From Actinomycetota bacterium (GTDB taxonomy: Bacteria; Actinomycetota; Acidimicrobiia; Spongiisociales; UBA5794), in assembly GCA_039715165.1 (NCBI GenBank), contig JBDLHX010000002.1, positions 1-59,526 of the forward strand: a DNA stretch of 59,526 nucleotides, given 5' to 3'. The notes under the pieces are model-generated. The model had not been told where the DNA came from, searched no databases, and saw only the letters and a list, made by a program, of their open reading frames with translations. Made by a program: the position numbers and the translations under genes. Of the stretch, positions 1-11,555 are shown one piece after another (position 1 is the first letter of the stretch; each line of letters begins with the position of its first letter).

Positions 1-570
1 CCGAGGCGAACTGGTCGTGGGGGTGCGAGCGGAACATCTGCCCCATGACCGTGCCCAGGGCGGGGGCGGCCCATCGCAGCCACGAGTCCGACAGCATCGT
101 CCCGCCCCGGCCCAATCGCCCCGGCTGAGGGCTGCGGCCCCGTCGTAACCGAGGCGGCGACCGTGTTCGCTCATGGTATGGGCGGCACCGACCAGAGCGA
201 TGTGGTCGAACCGGTCGGGATGGTTAGCAGCGAGATACTGACCGACGAGTCCGCCGTAGGAGAGACCGACGACGAGGTCGACCTTGCCGTCGAACTCGGC
301 GGCGATCAGGTCGGCGTAGTCGCCGGCCATGTCCTCGATCGTGTGCCCTTTGGGCATGCCCCGACGCCGGGTGACCCTCGACAGGCTGTAACCGCTCTCA
401 ACCAGGGGCCGTAGCAGCGACCGGCCAATCATCATCCGGACCCGTCGCTCGGAAGGCGAGTCGTTGCCGGGTCCGCCTGGGATCACCAGCAGAGTCTTGG
501 GGCCATCACCCCACCGAATGTAGGCCATCGTGTTGGGGAAGACCCCTTCAACCGGCTTGGGAAATCTCAT
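1..570 (-). CDS. alpha/beta-fold hydrolase; 3' end runs off the window; apparent frame change near nt 100-110
   Basis: Not in the ORF track because no stop lies inside the window. Reverse-strand ATG at 570..568. Translation MRFPKPVEG...LLVIPGGPG...VDLVVGLSYGGLVGQYLAANHPDRFDHIALVGAAH carries a GxSxG nucleophile elbow (GLSYGG). Beyond about nt 105 the adjacent frame (TMLSDSWLRWAAPALGTVMGQMFRSHPHDQFAS) has almost exclusively G/C at codon position 3, while the original frame turns Cys/Arg-rich. Confidence 0.6.
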   Translation of the reverse strand, partial: MRFPKPVEGVFPNTMAYIRWGDGPKTLLVIPGGPGNDSPSERRVRMMIGRSLLRPLVESGYSLSRVTRRRGMPKGHTIEDMAGDYADLIAAEFDGKVDLVVGLSYGGLVGQYLAANHPDRFDHIALVGAAHTMSEHGRRLGYDGAAALSRGDWAGAGRCCRTRGCDGPPPPWARSWGRCSARTPTTSSPR

Positions 571-808
571 CACACACACCTCCAGGGAACAGCCATGCAC
601 CGACCGGTCCACCTCTCACGCTACGCCCGAGACGCCGACGAGTCGACGGGTATCGACACCCACCCCCGCCCCATAGCCGGTTGATCTGGGCGGTCGAACG
701 TGAAGTCTTACCTGCGCCTGGGGGACGCGGTCTGCCTACCTCATTCGCACGAGCAGAACCTGCATCTGCTCGACCGTTTCTGTCCCACCTGGTTGATATG
801 TTGTCATC

Positions 809-1918
809 ATGTTCTGGTCAACCCGATCCGCGACTCAGATGCGTGAGAGGCTTCGTGAAGTCGAAGCGCAACTGTCTGATCTGCATTGCGAGCAGGCGGT
901 GTTGGTGAACGAGTTGGACAAGGTCAACATCGACGGAGCCGAGGGGCACCGGTCGATGGTCGATTGGCTATCGGCCGAGCTGGACGTGACCCGGCAGAAC
1001 GCGACGGACATGGTGTTCGCGGCGCGGCATCTCGCGAGGTATCGGCCGGTGAACAACCGTCTCGCCGAAGGGGACATCACGTTCGACCGTGCCGTAGCGG
1101 TGATGCGTCTCGCCGACGCCGGAGCGGACCGCACGACGCTGGATCATTCCGAGTCGTTGGATCTCGCCGGTGTTGGGCGGTTGACGGCCCGTCAGCGCCG
1201 GGTGACGCGCAACGACGAGCATGACATCTTCGCCGGCCGGTTCGTCTCGATCCAACCCACCCTCGACGAGTCGTCGTGGCGCCTGTCTGGCCAGCTCCCC
1301 GCAGTGGAGGGCCGGATCGTCGAACAGGCGTTGTGTGGCCGTGCCGACCAACTCCGACTCCTCCCCGGCGGCGAGACCTGCACCCGGGCACAACGCCAAG
1401 CCGACGCCCTCGTCGTGATGGCCCAAGACTCGCTTGACCAGAAGACAGACGAAGCCCGCGAAGCGGTCCGGTCCACCGTGACGGTCTTCGTCGACCTGGG
1501 CCAGGCCAATGGCTCGGGCGGCGAGTTGGGCGCCACCGTCGAATACGGACCCAGGGTCGGACCCAACACCCTCGAGGAACTCCTGTGCACCGGCACGGTG
1601 CAGATCATCGGCCTCGAACAGGGACGCCCCGTCGTCACATCGAAGGCTCTTCGCCAGATCCCTCCCGCCGTGCGGCGCCTCGTCGCCCACCGTGACGGAG
1701 GCTGCACCATTGCGGGCTGCACATCGCGGTATCGGCTCCAACCACACCACATCCGGTACCGGGCAGACGGCGGGAGCCACGACCCGGAGAACCTCACCAC
1801 CCTGTGCTGGTTCCACCACCACATCGCCGTCCACCAACAAGGCCTCCACATCGACCCCAACTCCCCGCCACAGAAACGCCGCCTCCTCCGAACCCCCGTC
1901 GGCGCCGACCCGCCCTGA
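809..1918 (+). CDS. DUF222-type HNH endonuclease (REP13E12-like family)
   Basis: 369-aa ORF. C-terminal HNH motif HRDGGCTIAGCTSRYRLQPHHIRYRADGGSHDPENLTTLCWFHHHIAVH. The N-terminal helical region is typical of actinobacterial DUF222 proteins. Confidence 0.85.
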   Translation: MFWSTRSATQMRERLREVEAQLSDLHCEQAVLVNELDKVNIDGAEGHRSMVDWLSAELDVTRQNATDMVFAARHLARYRPVNNRLAEGDITFDRAVAVMRLADAGADRTTLDHSESLDLAGVGRLTARQRRVTRNDEHDIFAGRFVSIQPTLDESSWRLSGQLPAVEGRIVEQALCGRADQLRLLPGGETCTRAQRQADALVVMAQDSLDQKTDEAREAVRSTVTVFVDLGQANGSGGELGATVEYGPRVGPNTLEELLCTGTVQIIGLEQGRPVVTSKALRQIPPAVRRLVAHRDGGCTIAGCTSRYRLQPHHIRYRADGGSHDPENLTTLCWFHHHIAVHQQGLHIDPNSPPQKRRLLRTPVGADPP

Positions 1919-1940
1919 AGCGACCGGTAGGATCGTCCCG

Positions 1941-2834
1941 ATGGCGATCTACGGCAGCATCGAAGGAGGCGGCACGAAGTTCGTCTGCGCTATCGGCACC
2001 GCCCCGGATGACATTGCCGCTGAAGTCACGATCCCAACGACGACACCCGACCAGACGCTCGCGCGCGTCGTTGGGTTCTTCTCTGAGCACGGACCGCTCG
2101 ATGCGATCGGTGTCGCCATGTTCGGACCGGTCGACCTCGATCCGGACTCCCCGACGTACGGGCATGTGACGTCGACGCCGAAGCCCGGATGGTCCGGGAC
2201 CGACGTAGTCGGCAGACTCAACGCAGCGTTCGGCGTCCCTGTGGGGTTCGACACCGACGTCAATGGTGCTGCGCTCGGCGAGGGTCGCTGGGGAGCCGCT
2301 CAGGGACTCGACACGTTCCTCTACATCACCGTGGGAACCGGCGTCGGAGGGGGAGGGGTCGTCAACGGCGAGCCGCTCCACGGCCTCGTGCACCCCGAAA
2401 TCGGCCACATCCGGATTCCGCGCCTGCTCGGCGACGAGTTCGCTGGAGCGTGCCCATTTCACGGCGACTGCCTCGAAGGCCTCGTCTCCGGTCCCGCTAT
2501 CGCGAAGCGATGGGGCCGGCCAGCGCAGGATCTCGGTGACGACACGCCTCGGGCCGTTGAACTCGCCGCCCACAGTCTCGGGCAAGCGATGGCGAACCTC
2601 GTCGTGACCGTCTCGCCGCAGCGCATCATCATCGGCGGCGGCGTAGCGAAACTCCCCGGCCTTCTCGAAGCGACGAGAGGCCAGATGCTCGAATCGCTCA
2701 ACGGCTACATCGAGTCTTCTGCGTTCGAGAGCCACGCGTCCGGATTCCTCGTCGCTCCCGGTCTCGGCGATCGATCCGGCATCGCCGGAGGGTTCGTGCT
2801 CGCAGAGCGGTCCAACGGCCGGGCGCGCCGGTGA
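1941..2834 (+). CDS. ROK-family sugar kinase (fructokinase/glucokinase-like)
   Basis: In-frame ATG at 1941 (MAIYGSIEGGGTKFVC). ROK signatures DTDVNGAALGE and ITVGTGVGGG, and a Cys/His zinc motif HPEIGH...CPFHGDCLEG. The upstream part of ORF 1509..2834 is Pro/Ser/Thr/Arg-rich with no recognisable domain, so it is not used. Confidence 0.85.
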   Translation: MAIYGSIEGGGTKFVCAIGTAPDDIAAEVTIPTTTPDQTLARVVGFFSEHGPLDAIGVAMFGPVDLDPDSPTYGHVTSTPKPGWSGTDVVGRLNAAFGVPVGFDTDVNGAALGEGRWGAAQGLDTFLYITVGTGVGGGGVVNGEPLHGLVHPEIGHIRIPRLLGDEFAGACPFHGDCLEGLVSGPAIAKRWGRPAQDLGDDTPRAVELAAHSLGQAMANLVVTVSPQRIIIGGGVAKLPGLLEATRGQMLESLNGYIESSAFESHASGFLVAPGLGDRSGIAGGFVLAERSNGRARR

Positions 2835-2883
2835 CTACTGGGGCCCCGTAGACTGCATCTCCCCGAACCGGAATCAAACACTC

Positions 2884-3797
2884 ATGCGTCTTTCCACCAG
2901 AATCCTGCTCCTCGCCGCGGCTGCGGCAGTCGTGGCCGCCTCGTGTTCGAATGGATCGATCGTCGCCACTGTCGATGATGCGACGATCGAGCACGAGTCC
3001 GTCATCGCTCTTCGGACGAGCTTCGAGGACACGTCCGACTTCGACGGTGAGGCGTACCGGGGCGACCTCACGAACCTCATCTACCTCGAGGCGCAGAAGA
3101 GTGCCGCGGAGCGGGACTACGGACTGACCGGCCTCGATGATCCCGACGCGATCGCGGCGAAGATCGCGAGCCCGAATGCCGACGAGGCGCCGGTCTTCGA
3201 AAGCGTGGGATCGAACCCCGAGCGGACCGATGCCACCGTCGAAGCCGTGGCCGAGCAGTTCATCATCCGGGACGCGGTGGCGGCGGAACTCATTGACGAC
3301 GTGGATTTTCTCACCGACATCTATGCGAACCAACCGGAGATGCTCGTTGAGGTGTGCGCCAGGCACATTCTGACGGCAACTCCGGAAGAGGCGGCCGACG
3401 CGAAGGCACGGGTCGAAGCCGGCGAGGACTTCGCTGCAGTCGCCGACGAGGTCTCGCTCGACACGTTCAGCCCCGGCGGAGAGCTGCCGTGCCCGCAGGC
3501 TGCAGGCGACTACGTTCCCGACTTCTCGACCAGCGCCGCAACGGCTCCGCTCGGAGTGATCACCGATCCCGTCGCGTCGGAATTCGGATGGCACGTCATC
3601 GTCATCGACGAACGATTCGGTCCCGAGTCGCTCGACGAGTTCCTCGCCGACCCGCTCGCCTACCTGCATCCCGGCATCGTCGGAGAGCTGTGGATCCAGT
3701 GGGTCGACGAAGCGATCAAGGCTGCCGACATCTCGGTGCGATCCCAGATCGGCACGTGGGCACCGACATCGCACGGCATCCTTCCCCCGCCGTCGGG

Positions 3798-3801
<4 letters not shown>
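2884..3801 (+). CDS. PpiC/parvulin-type peptidyl-prolyl isomerase lipoprotein
   Basis: Signal peptide with lipobox (LLAAAAAVVAASC). Parvulin-like core CARHILT...GGELPC...FGWHVIVIDE. Confidence 0.75.
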
Positions 3802-6573
<2,772 letters not shown>

Positions 6574-6574
<1 letters not shown>

Positions 6575-7002
6575 TGACCGATACCCTCGAGTACACCGAA
6601 CGGCACGCGCCGCCCCGCAAACAGCGGTGGGGGTGGGTGCTCGCCATCGTTCTGCTCGGGGCGCTTGCTCTCACCGTGTCGGGGATCCTGCCGTTCCGGC
6701 AGCTCATCGGGCAGCAGCGGCAGATCGAGCGCTCACAGGAGCAGCTCGATGCCCTGCAGAGGGAGAACCAGGCTCTCGCTGAAGACATCTCCCGGCTCGA
6801 CACGGATGCCGAGGTCGAGCGCATCGCTCGGGAGCAGTACGGACTCGTCCGTCCCGGCGAGGTTGCCTACGTCGTGAGCGTGCCCGACGAATCGCCGACT
6901 GTGGAAGGCGCCCCCGACCCGATCGTGCGGACCGACGAGCGGCCGTTCTGGCAGAGAATCTGGGACTTCGTGGCCGGGAGCGACGTCGACTCCGATGGAT
7001 GA
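6574..7002 (+). CDS. septum formation initiator (FtsB/DivIC family)
   Basis: One TM helix followed by a coiled coil (QEQLDALQRENQALAEDISRL) and EVERIAREQYGLVRPGE. The ATG at 6574 overlaps the eno stop; 6550 is an alternative start. Confidence 0.8.
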
Positions 7003-7522
7003 CCGCAGCGTCGTCGAGGTTCAGATCGGCAGACCTCCTCGTTCGTCCGTTGACGTCGTGGCGCGGTGCCATCTCGGGCTCCCCGTCGCCATCGTCGTTC
7101 CGCCGCTGCTCGACGACGGCACGCCCTTTCCGACGCTCTACTGGCTCACCTGCCCGCTCGCCGCGCGGCGCATCGGACGGATCGAGGCCGCCGGGGGAGT
7201 GAGGCAGGCCGAGCGGATGATCGACGCCGACACGGACTTGGCTGCTGAGCACACGGCGGCGATGGAGCGGTACGCGGCGACGAGGGACGAGATGATCCCT
7301 CCCGACTACGCGGGGCACCGGCCGACCGGAGGGGTCGGTGGAACCGGCGCAGGCGTCAAGTGTCTCCATGCCCATTACGCGGACACCGCAGCCGGCAACC
7401 GCAACCCGGTCGGTCAGTGGACGGCCGACCAGATCGAACCGCTCGACTGCCGATGTGCGTGCATCGTTGAGACGGGGGAAGGCACGGTTGGGCACAACCC
7501 CGAGTGGGTCGAGCCGAGATGA
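6995..7522 (+). CDS. DUF501 domain protein
   Basis: FPTLYWLTCP...GVKCLHAHYA motif typical of DUF501. Its position between ftsB and ppx matches the mycobacterial eno cluster. Confidence 0.8.
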   Translation: MDDRSVVEVQIGRPPRSSVDVVARCHLGLPVAIVVPPLLDDGTPFPTLYWLTCPLAARRIGRIEAAGGVRQAERMIDADTDLAAEHTAAMERYAATRDEMIPPDYAGHRPTGGVGGTGAGVKCLHAHYADTAAGNRNPVGQWTADQIEPLDCRCACIVETGEGTVGHNPEWVEPR

Positions 7523-8406
7523 TCGTCGGCGCGGTCGACATCGGCACAAACTCGATGCGGCTCCTCGTCGTCGACGGGGACCGTGAACTGCACAGGGCCG
7601 TCGAAGTGACCGGGCTCGGTGCCGGCGTTGATCGCACCGGACGGTTCGACGCAACCCGAGTTGCCGCCACCCTCGAAGTGCTCGACCGGTACGGGGATAC
7701 GATGGACCGGCTCGGCGTCGCGCGTCGGCGAGCCGTCGCAACGTCGGCGACGCGGGACGCGGCCGACGGCCCGGCCTTCGTCGATCAAGCGGAGCGGATC
7801 CTCGGGGTGCGGCCCGAGATCATCCAAGGGCACCAGGAAGCAGAGCTCTCGTTTCGCGGAGCAACCGCCCGAATCCGGGACTGCTCGTCGGCCGTCGTCA
7901 TCGACATCGGCGGGGGATCGACCGAGTTCGTCTACGGCAGCGACACCGTCGAGTACTCGACGAGCATCGACCTCGGCTCGGTGCGGCTCACCGAGCGGGC
8001 ACTGCCGTCACGGCCCGCTTCCGTGCTCGAAATCGAATCAGCAAGAACCGCGGCTGCCAGGGCGTTCGAGGGTGTGCGGCTCCCCGGTCTCCCGGAATGC
8101 GCAATCGGCGTGGCGGGGACGTTCACGAGCCTCGCCGCGATCGCCTTGGGCCTCGACACGTACGATCGCGATCGAGTCGACGGCACCGTCCTTCGTGCCG
8201 AGGATCTATCGGCCGTCGTCGAGCGCCTCGCAGCGATGACGTTCGAGGAGACGGCGGCCATCCCGTCGATCGATCCGAAGCGGGCCCCGGTAATCCTCGC
8301 AGGGGCCGTGATCGCGGAAGCGTCACTGGTCGCGACCGACATCAACCGCGTGACCGTGAGCGAGCACGACCTCCTCGATGGGCTCGTACTGTCGCCGATC
8401 GCTTGA
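7519..8406 (+). CDS. Ppx/GppA-family exopolyphosphatase
   Basis: MIVGAVDIGTNSMRLLVV and IDIGGGSTEF actin-fold phosphate motifs. The ATG at 7519 overlaps the DUF501 stop (ATGA). Confidence 0.85.
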   Translation: MIVGAVDIGTNSMRLLVVDGDRELHRAVEVTGLGAGVDRTGRFDATRVAATLEVLDRYGDTMDRLGVARRRAVATSATRDAADGPAFVDQAERILGVRPEIIQGHQEAELSFRGATARIRDCSSAVVIDIGGGSTEFVYGSDTVEYSTSIDLGSVRLTERALPSRPASVLEIESARTAAARAFEGVRLPGLPECAIGVAGTFTSLAAIALGLDTYDRDRVDGTVLRAEDLSAVVERLAAMTFEETAAIPSIDPKRAPVILAGAVIAEASLVATDINRVTVSEHDLLDGLVLSPIA

Positions 8407-8439
8407 GTTGCTCAGCGACCGAGCGGCACCTCCGGCTCG

Positions 8440-10503
8440 CTAGTCGTCCTCACGCTCTGCAACGATCTGGTCGGCCATGTGCGACGGAAGCTCCTGGTAG
8501 TGGCTGTGGGCGGTCGTGAAATGTCCCCACCCCTGGGTGATCGAACGCAGGTCGATCGCATAGCTCATGATCTCCGAGGTCGGCACGAGCGCCGTGATCA
8601 TCTGCTTCCCTCCGGGGGCGGCCTCCGTGCCCTGGAGCTGTCCGCGTCGTGACGATAGATCGCCCATGACGTCGCCCTGGTAGTCGGCGGGGACTGTGAC
8701 CTCAACGCGTGAGATCGGTTCGAGCATGATTGGTCCGGCCTGCTCCATCGCGGCCTTGAACCCGAGTTTGCCTGCCATCTTGAAGCTCATCTCAGACGAG
8801 TCGACAGAGTGGTACTTGCCGTCGTAGACGGCGACCTGAACGTCGACCACGGGGAATCCGTACGTGCCCCCGTCGGCCATCGTCTCCATAACGCCCTTCT
8901 CGACGGCGGGGATGAACTGGCGCGGGATCGAGCCACCCTTGATCTCGTCGACGAACTCAAGCCCATCTCCTCGATGGAGCGGCGAGAGGCGCAGGAAGCA
9001 GACGCCGTACTGGCCGTGGCCACCGGTCTGCTTCTTGTACTTCCCCTCAGCCTGCGCCGTGCGTGAGATCGTCTCACGGAACGGGACCTTCGCCTTCTCG
9101 GTGGTCACGCCGACGCCGAACTTGCGCTCGAGGCGCTCGAGCGTGATCGTGAGGTGGGTCTCACCCATGCCCCACAGCAACGTCTGCTTCGTCTCGCTGT
9201 TGCGCTCGAGTCGGAGCGCAGGATCCTCGGCAAGGACGCGACGGAGCGCGTTGGCCAGCTTGTCCTCGTCGGCTTGCGTCTTCGCCAACACCGCGGTGGC
9301 GAGAACAGGTTTGGGGCGATCGACGGGAGGCAGCTTCACGGGCGTGTTCTTCGGGGCAAGCGTGTCTCCGGTCGCCGTATCCGAAAGCTTCGCGACGGCG
9401 ATGATGTCGCCGGCCGGGGCGGAGTCGACGAGCTCCGTCTCCTTGCCGATCATGGTGGCGAGCTTGGCGAGCTTCTCGTCGGATCCAGAGCGGCTGTTCG
9501 ACAAGGTCATCTCAGGACGGAGGGTGCCGGAGCGGATGCGCATGAGCGAGATCTGCCCGACGTAGGGGTCGGCGATCGTCTTGAAGACGAATCCGAGCGG
9601 ATCGCCGGTCGCATCGGAGACCACCTCGACGGTCTGGTCGCCGGCGCCGACCACCATCGGCGGACGGTCCGCCGGGGCCGGGGCGAGTTCGGTGATGAAG
9701 TCGGCGAGGCGATCAACGGCGATCGGGCCGGTCGCAGAGCCGCACACGACCGGGAACACCGTCGCGGCTGCGATGCCCTTGGCCATCGTGCACTCGAGAT
9801 CGCTCACCGACGGGATCTCACCCTCGAGGTACTGCTCGAGCATGTCGTCATCCGCGACGACGATGCCTTCGATGAGATTGTCGTGGACCTCGCTCTCCCG
9901 TTCGGACATCTCCTCCGGGATCTCGGCCTCTTCGGCCTTGCCGGAGTCGTAGGTGTAGGCCTTGTTGCGGAAGAGGTCGGCGACGCCGCGGAACGTGGCC
10001 TGCTCGCCGATGGGGAGCTCAATCGGTGCGATGCCGGCGCCGAAGCGGTCCTTGAGTTGGTCGAGGGTCTTTTCGAAGGACGCGCGTTCCTTGTCGAGCT
10101 TGTTGATGAAGATCATCCGCGGCACGTTGAGGTCCTCGGCGATGCCCCATGCGTACTCGGTCTGGACTTCGACGCCGTCGACGGCGGAGACGACGAAGAC
10201 AGCGAGGTCGGCGACCCGCATCGCCGAGTGCACATCGCCCACGAAGTCGGCGTACCCGGGAGTGTCGATGAGGTTGATCTTGAAGCCGTTCCACGCGAAC
10301 GGCGCGAGAGCGAGCGACAGGGACATGCCTCTGGCGTGCTCTTCGGGGTCGAAGTCGGTCACCGTGCTGCCGTCCTCGACGGTGCCGAGTCGGTTGATCG
10401 TCCCGGCCCGATAGAGGAGGGCCTCTGCGAGGGTGGTCTTGCCGGAACCGGAGTGTCCGACGAGCGCAACGTTGCGGATCTTGTCCGGCGGGAACACCTT
10501 CAC
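8440..10503 (-). CDS. elongation factor G paralogue (EF-G-like GTPase)
   Basis: 687 aa. G1 GHSGSGKTT, DTPGYADF, NKLD, plus EF-G domains IV/V. GGAGG-like RBS upstream. Confidence 0.9.
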   Translation of the reverse strand: MKVFPPDKIRNVALVGHSGSGKTTLAEALLYRAGTINRLGTVEDGSTVTDFDPEEHARGMSLSLALAPFAWNGFKINLIDTPGYADFVGDVHSAMRVADLAVFVVSAVDGVEVQTEYAWGIAEDLNVPRMIFINKLDKERASFEKTLDQLKDRFGAGIAPIELPIGEQATFRGVADLFRNKAYTYDSGKAEEAEIPEEMSERESEVHDNLIEGIVVADDDMLEQYLEGEIPSVSDLECTMAKGIAAATVFPVVCGSATGPIAVDRLADFITELAPAPADRPPMVVGAGDQTVEVVSDATGDPLGFVFKTIADPYVGQISLMRIRSGTLRPEMTLSNSRSGSDEKLAKLATMIGKETELVDSAPAGDIIAVAKLSDTATGDTLAPKNTPVKLPPVDRPKPVLATAVLAKTQADEDKLANALRRVLAEDPALRLERNSETKQTLLWGMGETHLTITLERLERKFGVGVTTEKAKVPFRETISRTAQAEGKYKKQTGGHGQYGVCFLRLSPLHRGDGLEFVDEIKGGSIPRQFIPAVEKGVMETMADGGTYGFPVVDVQVAVYDGKYHSVDSSEMSFKMAGKLGFKAAMEQAGPIMLEPISRVEVTVPADYQGDVMGDLSSRRGQLQGTEAAPGGKQMITALVPTSEIMSYAIDLRSITQGWGHFTTAHSHYQELPSHMADQIVAEREDD

Positions 10504-10594
10504 TGCTTGAGCCTCCGTGGTTGTGAATCGGCGCTCAGATGGTACTCAAGGTCGCGTTCCTTGGTTCTGGGCCGGGCCGCTACGATCGCCCGTG

Positions 10595-10680
10595 GCCCGG
10601 GTGGCGAAACCGGTAGACGCGGCGGACTTAAACTCCGCTGTCCCTTCTGGGGCGTGGGGGTTCGAATCCCTCCCCGGGCA
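10595..10680 (+). tRNA. tRNA-Leu (anticodon UAA), type II with long variable arm; no encoded CCA
   Basis: Acceptor stem GCCCGGG/CCCGGGC. Anticodon stem GCGGA/TCCGC with loop CTTAAAC. T-loop TTCGAAT with a 5-bp stem (one G.U). Discriminator A at 10680. Confidence 0.85.
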
Positions 10681-10737
10681 CGGTGCCTCGCTTCGCTCGG
10701 CGGTTTCCGGTATCCGGTATCGACGCACGCTCTTGGC

Positions 10738-10765
10738 CGAGTACCGAGCACCGAGTACCGAGTAC
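10738..10765. repeat. four tandem heptamers CGAGTAC (second copy CGAGCAC)
   Basis: Read directly: cgagtac cgagcac cgagtac cgagtac. It ends against the stop codon (10766..10768) of the minus-strand gene and starts 58 nt after the tRNA. Confidence 0.9.
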
Positions 10766-11107
10766 CTAGATGAGGCCGAAGACCTCCGCCTTGCGTCGAC
10801 CGAACTCCTCGTCGCCGATCGTTCCCGAGTCGTGGAGAGCAATCAGCCCGTGGACTTCGTCGATTGCCGCACCAGACACCGTCGGATCATCCCCCTTCGA
10901 CCATCGCAACGATGGCGCCGGCCTCAGGAGTACGTACACGAGCACCCCGATCGTCGGGACGATCAACACGATCCCGATCCAGATCGCCTTGTGCACGGGC
11001 GAGAGATCCGGACGACGGAAGACGATGTGGAGGATCGCCGCGATCCAAAGCACGACGATCGGGATCACGACGAAGACGAGGAGGAGCGTTCCCTCTCCGG
11101 CGGTCAC
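10766..11107 (-). CDS. small membrane protein, PLDc_N-like two-TM domain + C-terminal SHOCT domain
   Basis: VLWIAAILHIVFRRPDLSPVHKAIWIGIVLIVPTIGVLVYVLLRP (PLDc_N pattern). C-terminal LIALHDSGTIGDEEFGRRKAEVFG (SHOCT pattern). Confidence 0.75.
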   Translation of the reverse strand: MTAGEGTLLLVFVVIPIVVLWIAAILHIVFRRPDLSPVHKAIWIGIVLIVPTIGVLVYVLLRPAPSLRWSKGDDPTVSGAAIDEVHGLIALHDSGTIGDEEFGRRKAEVFGLI

Positions 11108-11466
11108 TGTGGCTCGACGCCGAGCAGCTTGTCCTTCTCCCTCTGGAACTCGCCGTCGGTGAGGATGCCTCGATCACGCAGGTCCGCGAGCCGCTCGAGT
11201 TGGTCGGCGACGTCTGCCGCGCCGGAACCGGCCTCTGGTTCGGCCTCCTGGACGGCGGCCGGTGTCAGAGGCTCTCCGGCCGAGTCGAACACGATGAAGT
11301 AGACGAGCATGCCGATGAGCGGCAGGAAGATGATCGCGATTGCCCAGAGAGCCTTCGCTGCACCCGAGATGTCGGTGCGTCTGAACAGATCGATGAGCGT
11401 GAATACCCACAGGGTGACGAGGGGTATCCAGATGAGCAGGATGAAGAACAGCTCCCAGAAGGTCAC
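11104..11466 (-). CDS. small membrane protein, PLDc_N-like + SHOCT (paralogue of the downstream gene)
   Basis: TLWVFTLIDLFRRTDISGAAKALWAIAIIFLPLIGMLVYFIV and LERLADLRDRGILTDGEFQREKDKLLG. Its stop overlaps the start of the next gene by 4 nt. Confidence 0.75.
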   Translation of the reverse strand: MTFWELFFILLIWIPLVTLWVFTLIDLFRRTDISGAAKALWAIAIIFLPLIGMLVYFIVFDSAGEPLTPAAVQEAEPEAGSGAADVADQLERLADLRDRGILTDGEFQREKDKLLGVEPQ

Positions 11467-11555
11467 GGTTGCTCCTTAGTCGCGTGTGCCCATCGTAGAC
11501 GGAGGCTCAAACTCCGTTGGTTGATGCCGATAGGTACTCCAAGAGATCGGAGACA

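Noticed and set aside
8407-8439. Possible terminator hairpins between ppx and EF-G, and between menF and NIPSNAP (25182..25214).
   Set aside because: The stems are only 5-6 bp, the loops are long, and there is no U-tract. This is too weak to call.
10595-11466. Possible genomic island integrated at tRNA-Leu.
   Set aside because: There is no integrase, no duplicated tRNA 3' segment in the window, and no visible compositional change. The downstream genes are small membrane proteins, not mobile functions.
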